Positions 11,950 to 22,500 of a DNA stretch of 64,000 nucleotides are shown here, piece after piece; position 1 is the stretch's first letter; each line of letters begins with the position of its first letter. Source of the DNA: Gracilinanus agilis (lineage: Eukaryota); contig NC_058132.1 of NCBI RefSeq assembly GCF_016433145.1, positions 276,298,939-276,362,938 on the forward strand. Reading direction: 5' to 3'. The notes under the pieces were generated by a model that was not told where the DNA came from, searched no databases, and saw only the letters and a list, made by a program, of their open reading frames with translations. Made by a program: the position numbers and the translations under genes.

Positions 11950-12980
11950 ATCATGTCCTGTAAACATATCCAAACTGTGTTGTATTCATGTGCAAAACTG
12001 AACTCACTATTTTTTTTTTATCCTGGGACTCCATTCTAGGAGCATAGGGACACAACCAGTAGGCAATGGGTCGCTCAGGGTCACCCAGCTGGGAAGTGTC
12101 TGAGCCCGGGTTTGAACCTAGGACCTTTCATCTCTAGGCCTGGCTCTCAATCCACTGAGCTAGCCCAGCTGCCCCTACTTTTAGGTTGCAGTTTCTTTAG
12201 CAGATGTAGTTTTTACTCACTATATTTCCCCCCAAATCCTCCCTCTTTCTGAAATTACCTTTTACTCTAAAAGATAACACTATCTTCTCAGTCTTGTAAT
12301 TTTAATGTCATCCACATTTCATTTGCACTCATCTTGCACATCCAATTTGTTGCCAAGTCTTATTGTTTCTATTTTTACATCTCCTGGATGTCTTCTTCCA
12401 CCTGCACAGTTGCCACCCTGGTATAGGCTCTTATCCACTCATGCCTGGACTATTGCAATAGCCTTCTGATTTGTCTGGAGTTCCTCACTCAACAGTCATC
12501 TTCTGTTCAGAGCTAAAGTAATTTGGGTCACCCCTCCACTCTGGCTTTTAAAGCTCTTTACAGCTGGGCCTCAACCTATTATTCCAGTCTCACTGGATAT
12601 TACTCTTTTCTTTGTACCCAGAAACATTGGACTTATTACTGCCTCTCACATGACACTCCATCTCTCACCTACATGCATTTTCACTGGCAATCCTAATCCC
12701 TAGTAAGTTCTTCCTTACCTCTACCTATCAATTCCTTTAAAGAGAGCTCAAATTCTACCTTATTCAAGAGGCCTTTCCCTGTACCTCTACCACCAGGGTC
12801 CTCTCTCTGAGATTACCTTCTTTTTATACTGTTTCTCTCATCTATGTATGATTTTTTTGCAAGTTGTTTTCCCCTATAGAATGTGAACTTATCTTTGATG
12901 GTGGGGACCATCTTTTTGTCTTTGTTATTCCAGGACTTGGCAAAGTACATAAGTAGGCTCTTAATAAATGCTTGTTAACT
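11950..12980 (+). mobile_element. L2 LINE 3' fragment (interrupted by a SINE)
   Basis: caaaactgaactc..., ctggactattgcaatagcc, and an L2 tail ending aataaatgcttgtt. Confidence 0.75.
12011..12214 (-). mobile_element. SINE (SINE1-like head, different 3' tail) with 38-nt 5' extension
   Basis: SINE body 12011-12176; TSD ACTCACTAT at 12002-12010 and 12215-12223 encloses the extra 12177-12214. Confidence 0.7.
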
Positions 12981-13142
12981 TGACTTTTTTTTTTATTAAC
13001 AATGTAATTCTATATGGAAGACAAGGAGTGCCTGTTTTATTTTGTTTTTCATTTTGTCCAAGTCATGACCCTGAAAAATTCTTTGAAAATATCTGCGTTT
13101 TCTTCTGAGCTAAATGCAGTTGGTTTGATAACGAAGCAAGAT

Positions 13143-13157
13143 TGCCACCTAGTGAGC
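13143..13157 (-). promoter_or_regulatory. Candidate CTCF site
   Basis: Minus strand TCACTAGGTGGCA versus consensus CCAC[CT]AG[GA][TG]GGC; one core mismatch; lies in non-repeat sequence. Confidence 0.3.
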
Positions 13158-14035
13158 AGAGCTGAAAGATGTCAACTAAAAAAAAATTAACTTCCAAATA
13201 AGATAAAAGAAAGTTTAAATAAAGCTAATTGTTAAGCACAAATTATAGGGCTTTTTATCTCCATGGACAATGAAATGAGTGTGTTTTCAGAGACAGCAAA
13301 ATATTCCAGTAGACCTAAAGAGTTGGAGTTCTGCAAACATCTTTCTCTACCTTTATTAGTATGATATATAATATTTAATGATATAACTTAATTTTTATAT
13401 AATATATAAACTACACAATGTATTATGAGGCACATTATTATATATCATATAAACATAGAATATGTATTATATCAATATAATTTAATATAATAAAATATGT
13501 TCTATATTTTAAAACCCTTAATTCTTTGAATGTTGGTTGGAGTTATGATCTGAATGTTTTTGAGTCCTAGTTCTAAAACCTACAATGTGACCCCGGGAAA
13601 GTCACCTACTCTGACATTCAATTTTCTTGTCTATAAAATGAGCAGTCAACAAGCATTTGCTATGCATTTACTTTGTTAAAAGCACTGTGCAAGGAGCTAG
13701 GAATACAAATACAAACAAAAAGAAATACAGTACTTACCTAACATTCTAAAAGAGGAAGGGGGTGGGGAGGTGGGTGAAGAAACATTTAGAAGACTGCAAA
13801 TTTTAGGGCTGAGATCTTCTTCCAGGCTGAAGAGGTTCCTGTGTCTTGGTGAGTGGAAAAGTCAGGTTGAGTACAATGTTGTAAAAAATGAAGAGAGAAA
13901 TAAGGATGACCATGCTCGTAATACCTACCATGAAAAATATATACCTTTGATTGTATAACTAAGTTAGTCTTACTTTCATGGATTTGTTAAGTTACCAGTT
14001 TGTTTTTTCCACATTTATAACTTCTCATGCTATAA

Positions 14036-14240
14036 CAGGGGTCGGCAACGTATGGCTCTCGAGCTATATCTGGCTCTTTTGAGGGCCAGATATGGCTCTT
14101 TCTGCAGGAGCCATAAAGTCAATTTTTTTTCAGGCGCTGTTACAGGAGCGCACTGTGAGCACTGTATGGCTCTCACGAAATTACATTTTAAAAAATGTGG
14201 CGTTTTTGGCTCTCATGGCCAAAAAGGTTGCTGACCCCTG
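14036..14240. mobile_element. hAT (Charlie/OposCharlie-like) MITE, 205 bp
   Basis: TIRs CAGGGGTCGGCAAC / GTTGCTGACCCCTG (13 of 14 match); 8-bp TSD TGCTATAA / CACTATAA with central TA. Confidence 0.9.
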
Positions 14241-14521
14241 CACTATAAGATTCTTGTCTAACACTTTCCATAATTCTTCCACAGAGAATCTACCCAATAG
14301 AAATTCTATTCTTTTGATCAATCAATTAATTAATAAGCATTTATTAAATGCCTAGTATGTGTCAGGTACTGTGCTAAGCACTAGGGAATCAAAGTCTGGC
14401 AAAAAGAGAGTCCCTGCTCTGGAGCAGCTCACAGTCCAATGAAGGAAACAACATGAAAACAACCATGTACAACAAACAAAATCTACACAGGACAAATAGG
14501 AGAAAAATCAACAGAGGGAGG

Positions 14522-16350
14522 GGTCATCTGGGAAAAACACAGAATCACTAAAATAGTCAGACAAAACAAATCTTTAATCAGGCAAGAGGCAAGTTCTTAA
14601 TATTCAGCAGCCACACAGAGTCAAACACTTAAAACCACACAGAGCCAAAGCCCTGGGACTCTGGGAACAGTGTCTCTGGGAGAAAGCACCACCAAAGATG
14701 ATTCTCCAAAAAGTGACAGAAGTTGGGGTCTGTAATGATCCTGGGGAACTCTGTAGATGATTATTGTTCAGCCCCAGGAATCATACAGATGGAGGTGAAA
14801 ATTGATGAGAGGTTTGATGAAACCTCCAATCTGGATATCAAAATAGGTTTACTTAGCTTCAGCTTCAGGGATCTTTGCTGCTGCCTGAAACTGTATAGAA
14901 TCTGCTGATATGAATTGCCAGTCAAGTGATTTCACTGGTTCCCAAATAGCTAATGAGGAAGTGATTGTTTCCTCAATTAGTAATTTTTTTTTTAAACCCT
15001 TGTACTTCAGTGTATTGTCTCATAGGTGGAAGATTGGTAAGGGTGGGCAATGGGGGTCAAGTGACTTGCCCAGGGTCACACAGCTGGGAAGTGGCTGAGG
15101 CCGGGTTTGAACCCAGGACCTCCTGTCTCTAGGCCTGACTCTCACTCCACTGAGATACCCAGCTGCCCCTCAATTAGTAATTTAATTGATTAATAACTTC
15201 AAGGATGATGATCCTTGATTTCAGTCTCTGACTGCGATTTAAGATGGATTCACCCAGAAGATCAATAATTGTGAAGGTATCTTCACCAATGTCAGATGGA
15301 TCTCTAACTGGCAACTTGAATAGAACTCTTAGAACAACCAGGTCAGTGATGGCTTTCTTATAATGACTATTTAATGATAATTAAGAGGGTAAAGGAAAGG
15401 ATTTGGGAAGCTGTGAAGGAAAGAGGGATTAAAAGAAAATCCTAAACCTTTATCTAACTATTTTGTTGATTATAGATCAGATGGAATCTTGAAGCCTGCT
15501 TTGGTCTATTGTCTGGCTAGGCCAAAGGCCTAGCTTCAAAGCTTGAAGGTTTCTTCAGTCCACTAAGAGTTTTATAGTTGATCTTCTGGTTGGCTTTATG
15601 CTGGTATTTGGTGTTGATTTTATAGATGTTGGCAATGATGATGCTGGATGCTGATATACACAGAATTCCCAAACAGCAGTTTAGGCACTTAATCCTAGCT
15701 ATGAGACAATTCTGAGATGACCCTTCCTCCCACCAATCTCCCTAGATTGAGAGAATGATGCACTGATCTCTTCTGCTTTTATAGTCCAATCTCAACTGAC
15801 TTTTTGGTCAGTTTGGTCTCATGCCTGCTCAAAATGTCCTCACTGCATTCTGTGTTCCAATCATGTAACTGGCACTCATGCTTGGCCAACATGGCTTCCT
15901 GCAAAAGTCTTTACAGGTCTTATATACCTTTTGGGGAACAAAGGAAGGGAAGTAAGCTTGATTAATTCTAATTGATAAAAGGAAATGATGAGCTCAGGGC
16001 TTGATTAACAAAAAGGGGTTAATACTTTACACTGGATACAAAAAGATATTTCCAGCCAGGGGCTGTACTACAAGGGAGGGATCTCTGATCACAATGGGAG
16101 AAACTCCTAAGACTTGATTGCATACTAATCTTATCTAAGCTGGAATGATTAAGTACTTTAAGATCTATTGCTCACTTTGGAGATAAGGTCAGTCTGGGAC
16201 TTCCCCCAAGGCAAGTTCCTAAAGGACCTGGACAAACTTGGAGGTTTCAAAAACACAATTGACAAAAGGCAGCATGAGTAACAAGGGGGATCTGAATACC
16301 AGTGCAAAACTCAAGCTTCTATCTGTTACCTCCTGCTCCCATTTTATAAC
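14522..16350. mobile_element. LTR/ERV-derived segment
   Basis: Start (ggaaaaacacagaa...tagtcaga...tctttaatcagg) is shared with the segment at 26455; LTR-like composition. Ends approximate. Confidence 0.5.
14987..15168 (-). mobile_element. SINE1_Mdo-type SINE (gtacaagggtttaaa tail variant)
   Basis: 15-bp TSD CTCAATTAGTAATTT. Confidence 0.95.
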
Positions 16351-16586
16351 TCACCTCAAGTGGGTTCTTACTACTATATAGCATTCCTTTTATTCTGCAC
16401 TAAATGTTTCCTTAGGACAGCTAAACAACAACAAAATATTTCCTTAAGGTGGTGAATGCCACCCATTGTGAATAGTTCAAACTTTCCTCTTTTTTCTCAA
16501 AATGTCAATTCATACTTTATCTCAACCAACTAACCAGACCATAAAATGCAATTAAAAATACCTGCCTCCACTATATCCCCCTAAGC

Positions 16587-16842
16587 TAGTGATGGGCAAC
16601 CTTTTGAGCTTGGCATGTTAAAATTTGCCAAAAAACCAAGCATAACTCCGGTGGTGTGTCACTTTGAGAAAAAAACCATAATTTCACAATATTTATAGTT
16701 AAAATAACAAAAATGTATAATTGTAATATATAACTGTATTTAATAAATCAAAAACTAATTATTTAACTTAACTGTTTAGTGACTTCTTTGTTCCTCTGTC
16801 AGTCAGTTTCTTTTGTTGGTCTTGATATTATTTAACTTGTGT
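16587..16842. mobile_element. hAT MITE, left part (split by the provirus)
   Basis: TIR TAGTGATGGGCAACCT preceded by TSD CCCTAAGC (16579-16586). Confidence 0.8.
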
Positions 16843-17190
16843 TGATAGGCCTGGGAAACCAACTGAGCCCCAAATAATAAGAGCTGACACAAACAGTAAT
16901 ATCTGCTAACAGTAACATCTGCTAAATGACAGGAAGACCCCCAACAAGTAACATCTGCTGAATGAATGACAGGAAGACCCTCAAACAATAGCATCTGCTG
17001 AATAAAAAAAGCAAACATCCAGCCCCCAAGTCCCTACTCAAACTATAAGCTGGCTAAAACCCCTCATTCAGGGTTCCATCTGCCTTGGAGGCTGTGGGGC
17101 CCAAGCTTGAGCTTGCAATAAAGGAATACCTCTTGCTTTTACACTATCTAGTGTGCCTCCTAATTTGGGAAATCAGAACTGGGCCGAACA
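16843..17190 (+). repeat. 5' LTR (348 bp)
   Basis: TGATAGG...GAACA; TATAAG 17044-17049; AATAAA 17117-17122. My manual alignment to the 3' LTR gives 16 substitutions and 3 small indels. Confidence 0.97.
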
Positions 17191-17192
17191 TT

Positions 17193-17210
17193 TGGGGGCT
17201 CGTCCGGGGT
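17193..17210 (+). other. Primer-binding site, tRNA-Pro
   Basis: TGGGGGCTCGTCCGGGGT, 17 of 18 identical to the MLV tRNA-Pro PBS TGGGGGCTCGTCCGGGAT. Confidence 0.95.
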
Positions 17211-17650
17211 TTCCTGACTGGATAGAGGTACTGGTTCAGAGGGCAAAAGGGTTAGGGAACATTTGTGTGATGTGTGGCTGATGGGGAACCAATCACGGGA
17301 TTAGGACATACGATTAAGTGGCCCAGCTAGCCCAGCTGGCTCTGGGAATTATACGGAGAGGGCCTATTGTTAAATCCAATCCCAAGTGATTCGTTTCTGC
17401 TTGTTTCTGAGTGTGGACCGCCTAATAAGCATTTCTCAGACTTCATGAGAAGTTGAGCTGGAACAGCTGGGAAGCGTTTGGTTATCAAGAGAAAGCAAAA
17501 GTGGATTGACCCTTTCAACCTTCCAAGCAGAAAAGACTCACTTTGAAGGGTTGGAAGCCCTTTGCCCAGATCCTGGGGACCTGGGACAGAGACTGGGTCT
17601 CTGCAGCAGAGGTTAGAGTCCTCTGAGGCCTTGGGGCCTGAAAGGTGGCA

Positions 17651-17884
17651 CTGGCAGATGTGCCAAGGGATTTCCAAGAGTAGAAATCAAGGTATTCATT
17701 CTTTGAGAACTTAGGGGGAGGGCGCGTTATATTGTCCTCTGGAAATGTTGTAGAGAGTAGTTTTAGTACCTTCATGTCGTTACTGTCCAGTCCTGTTTGC
17801 ATTGTTGTTTGTGCCTTTGTCTTATTGTTGGTATTGTTATTTTTATTAGGGCCCCTGATTTCTTGGCCTTTTGGTTCAGAGAAC
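17651..17884 (+). pseudogene. Glyco-Gag-like N-terminal leader (CUG start, signal-anchor), in frame with gag
   Basis: 78 codons in frame with gag ATG 17885: LADVPRDFQE*KSRYSFF...VCIVVCAFVLLLVLLFLLGPLISWPFGSEN-MGQ; one in-frame TAG at 17681. Confidence 0.7.
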
Positions 17885-19525
17885 ATGGGACAGACAGAGG
17901 CTACTCCACTGGCCCTTATTCTCTCCCACTTCCAAATTTTCAAGGCCCGCACTCAAAATCTCTCTTTGCAAGTCAAAAGAGGGAAGTTAGTGACCTTCTG
18001 TAACTTCGAGTGGCCCACTTTCAACCTCGGATGGCCTAAGGGCAGCACCCTCCACAGAGACATCATTTCCAAAGTCCAGGCCAAAATCCTTGACCCCAGT
18101 TTGGAGGGCCACCCTGAACAGATCCCCTACATTCTTACTTGGTAGGACCTGGTCTTGAATTCCCCCTTTTTAGCTACAGCCCTATGTTTTCTCAGAGCCA
18201 GAGAAACCCGTCCATACCTTAGCTCTCAAAGATAAAAGGGAAGGGATGGGGAAACCCCAGGGTCCCTCAGCCCCACTGGTCCTGCCTGATTCCAATAGCA
18301 CCCCTCCTGATTTACCTGTACCACCACCCCCATATGCTCCCTTGTACCCTCCCTTAGACCCAGATGGGGGACAGGTGGAAGCTGCTGAAGCCACCCCACC
18401 ACTGGCTCACCACACTTGTGGTTGGGGCCAGATCCCCTCACCCAAACCCTAACCCCCATCTTCCACCACGGCCCTTCCTGTCCATACTGTGGGCCCCCTT
18501 GTCCCTGGAGGACCTTGAGTCCACCAATATTGGCCTTTCTCCTCCAGTGACCTCTATAATTGGAAGACCTAGAATCTCTCTTTCTCTGACCAACCTCAGA
18601 AACTTATTGACCTCATAGAATCCATTCTCTTCACCCACAATCCCACCTGGGATGATTGCCAGCAGTTATTACAGGTTCTTTTTACGACTGAGGAGAGGGA
18701 ACAAATCCTCCTGGAAGCCAGAAAGAATGTCCCTGGTGTGGATGGTCATCCCACTGTTCAGCCCAATCTCATCAAAGATGCTTTCCCGCTGTCACATCCC
18801 GATTGGGACTTTGACCAACTCGAAGGTAGGGAGCATCTCTGTGTCTATCGCCAGACTCTAATAGCCTGTCTCCGAGCTGCAGCCCAAAACCCTACCAATT
18901 TGACCAAGGTAAATCTAGTCAGAGAGGGACCCCATGAAAGCCCAGCGGTATTCCTTGAGCGCCTCCAAGAGGCTTTTCAATTATATACCCCATGTACCCT
19001 CAGGCCAACATCAGTAAGGCGGCTATGCTGTTGGTATTAATCAACCAGGCATCCCCAGATATCAGGAAAAAAGTCCAAAAGGGGGACAACTTTGTCAACC
19101 AGTCTATTAGTGAACTCCTGAAAGTGGCCGAATGGGTATACAATACCCATGAGACCCCTGAAGAGAAAGCTGAGAGGTTGCATAAGGAAGATCAGGGGAG
19201 ACTTGACAGGCTGTGCCTTGATGACCACCAGCAGGATAGAAAATGTCAGAGGGAAATGGTTAGGATAATAGCAGCCAGCATTAAAGCCCCTCTAACCCCT
19301 GGACCCACCACGGGGCCAATCCCTCCTGTTGACAACAGAGGATGCCAACGGCCAGCCCTTACAGATAGACAGGCCTCCACTCAATGCTTCTATTGCAAAG
19401 AAGAGGGTCATTGAAAGCGCAACTGCCCCTATCTGCGTCCCCCGAGATGTCAGTTGGGGGATAGTAACCAGCCCCCTAGGAACCACCCTGTGAAGATGTT
19501 GTTGGTCATTGCTGATAGTGATTAA
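17885..19525 (+). pseudogene. gag: gag (MA, p12-like region, CA, NC), with stops and frameshifts
   Basis: MGQT start; EWPTFNLGWP; PSAP, PPPY and LYPPL; QYWPFSSSDLYNWK; [16 protein letters not shown]; CFYCKEEGH*KRNC; ends at TAA 19523-19525. Confidence 0.95.
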
Positions 19526-19582
19526 TGGGGACAGGACTTGCACCCCCTCCCCAAGTCCTGGGTAAAGGCAAAAATGGAGGGG
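19523..19582 (+). promoter_or_regulatory. Gag-Pol stop-codon readthrough signal (8-nt spacer plus H-type pseudoknot)
   Basis: Stop, spacer TGGGGACA, stem 1 GGACTTG/CAAGTCC, stem 2 CCCCTCC/GGAGGGG; pro is in frame with gag. Confidence 0.8.
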
Positions 19583-22500
19583 AAATCTGTGAACTTTCTG
19601 GTAGACCCAGGCACCGAGTTTTCTGTCCTGAAAGCACCTGTGGTAAAGATATCCAAAAAGGTAAGCTGGGTGCAAGGGGTGACAGGCACTCACCAATATA
19701 ACTGGACAACCACTCGGACAGTGAATTTAGGCAACCATCAAGTCACACACTCCTTCCTGGTTATCCCCGAGAGTCCAGCTCCTCTTCTCAACTGGGACCT
19801 ACTTCATAAAGTAGGGGCCCACATTTACTTCTAGGACAAGGGGATATGTGTAACAGACAAAGAAGGGCCCCCCCCCACAGGTCCTTACACTGTCCCTTCA
19901 GGATGTCTCCATACCCCTCCCCTTCCTGCCAGTATACCCAACCATGTGCACCCCTGGATGGACAGGGTTCCTGGGGTCTGGGCTAAAACTGTGGGGGTGG
20001 GACTTGCTGTCCACCAGCCTCCCATCATTGTAACCCTCAAGCCTGGCATCACCCCAGTCCACGTCAAGCAATACCCAATGTCTCTGGAGGCCTGAAGGGG
20101 TATAACTGTCCATATTGATAGACTAAAAACAGCTGGGATCTTAATCCCTTACCACTCTCCATGGAATACCCCACTCCTGCCAGTTCAGAAGCCTGAGGGT
20201 AAGGACTATAGGCCTGTCCAGGATTTATGAGAGGTCAACATCCAGGTGGAGGACATACACCCCACAGTCCCCAACCCATATATTCTCTTAAGCGCCTTAA
20301 CACAAGATCTTGTGTGGTACACTACTCTGGACTTGAAATATGCTTTCTTTATGCTTCTGCTTGCACTACTCAGCCAGCCCCTATTTGCTTTTGAATGGTA
20401 TGATGAAGATATCCAGGTTACTGCTCAGACCATGTGGACAAGGTTGCCACAAGGTTTCAAAAACATTCCAACCATTTTTAGCAAAGCTCTGGCCACAGCC
20501 TTGCGAGATTTTCATGTCAACCACCCCCGAGTTACGCTCCTATAGTATGTGGACAACCTCCACCTCGCCGCCTCGTCAGGAGCTGAGTGTGAGTCTGTCA
20601 CTCTATCTCTCCTGATCACCCTGAACGAGCTTGGATATAAGGTCAGTGGAAAAAAAGGCATCTACTGCTCAGCGGGAGGTCACATACTTGAGATATAAAT
20701 TCAAGGGAGGCCAACGGTGGCTCACCCAGGCCATGAAGGACACTATCCTCAATAACCCCAGCCCCAAAATCCCAGGCAGGTCCAAGAATTTCTGGGGTCT
20801 ATAGGGTACTGCAGGCTGTGGATCTCCAGGTTTGCAGAGCTGGCCCAACCTTTGTATAAGGGGTCCTGTGAATCTGCTAACTGGGAATGGACTTTTTTTT
20901 TTTAAACCCTTAACTTCTGTGTACTGGCTCATAGGTGGAAGAGTGGCAAGGGTGGACATTGGGGGTCAAGTGACTTGCACAGGGTCACACAGCTGGGAAT
21001 TGTCTCAGGAATGGACTCTTGAAATGAATTCTGCCTTTGAACTTCTTCATCAAGCCATGATCACAGCACCCACGCTTACCCTCCCCAACCCAGAAAAACC
21101 CTTTCAATTTTTCATTGAGGAAAAAGAGGGGATAGCAAAAGGGGTTTTGATACAGCGTTTTGGGCCATGGGATCGCCCAGTCACATATCTGTCAAAACAA
21201 CTGGATCCTGTTGCAGCAGGATGGCCACCTTGCCTGTGGATTATTGCTGCTACAACATTCCTGGTAAAAGATGCAGATAAGCTTACATATGGACAGATTC
21301 TGGTTATCACTACCTCACATGCTACTGAGTGCATCCTCCTACAGCCACCTAATCATTGGCTGTCTCACATGCTTCTAGCCCATTATCAAGCCCTGCTTTT
21401 GGATGCATCCCGCATTTCGTTCAAAGTCACCTCATCCCTTAACCCCACCACCCTGTTGCCCAACCCTTCCTTCCACTCCCTTGCATGACTGCCAAAAGAT
21501 CCTTGCCGAGGCAACCACTGCCCAACCAGACCTTAAAAACACTCCACTGACGAACAGCAATTAAGAGTGGTTCACGGATGGCAGCAGCTTTATTGAAGGG
21601 CACCGAACGGCAGGGGCAGCAGTTGTCTATGCCTCTGGATCCTCAGTCTGGGCTGCCTCACTCCCAGAAGGCACATCAGCTCAGAAGGCCGAGCTGATTG
21701 CTCTAACGGAAGCCTTGAGGAAGGGCCTAATGGTGTACACTGACAGCTGCTATGCCTTTGTCACCCTGCATGTGCATGCACCCATATACCGGGAATGCGG
21801 ATATCTCACGTCAGGTGGGAAGCCTATCAGGAACCTACCAGAAATACAGGAGCTCCTATTGGTGGCAAAGAAGCCTAAAGCCATGGCTGTAGTCCACACA
21901 CCTGGCCACCAAAAGGGAGAATCCCTAGAAGCCCGTGGAAACCGGGCTGTGGACCAAGTGGCTCGTGAGGCTGCAGTATTTGCACCTTCCTTAATCCTTC
22001 CAGCCATCATACCACCACCACCTGAAGGAGAGCCTCAATACACCAAAGAAGATTGTACCTAGGTTGAGAAGCACCAAGGATGCCCTGATGGACACTGGTA
22101 TCGGGATCAGGAAGGGCATCTTCTGCTGCTCCAAACCCTAGGCTAACTTCTTTCCACCCACCTACATCACCTGTCACATTTAGGAGAAAAGAAACTGACC
22201 CAACTACTGGATAAAGGGAAGCTTCGCTTCAACGGCCATAGTAGTTTTCTTCATCAGTTAGTGACCACATGCCAAGCCTGCCAACTCATGAAAGTGGCTA
22301 AGCCGGGCAATCATCATGGATATAGGGTTAGGGGTCAGTGGCTCTGCCAAAACTGGGAAGTAGACTTTACTGAAATCAAGCCAGGTAAATTTGGCTTCAA
22401 ATATCTCCTCATCCTAGTGCACACCTTCTCAGGCTGGCCAGAAGCATTCCCTACCAAATCTGAAACAGCCCTAGTAGTAGCCAAGAAACTCCTTGAGGAA

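Noticed and set aside
13340-13510. AT-rich quasi-palindromic block as a MITE
   Set aside because: Low-complexity (TA)-rich sequence with no defined TIRs or TSD.
20832-21488. 218-aa ORF fusing an antisense SINE to the RT connection domain as a new chimeric gene
   Set aside because: It begins at a non-ATG codon, and the insertion plus TSD is 124 bp (frameshifting). The open frame through the SINE is chance, and the same antisense peptide appears in other SINE copies.
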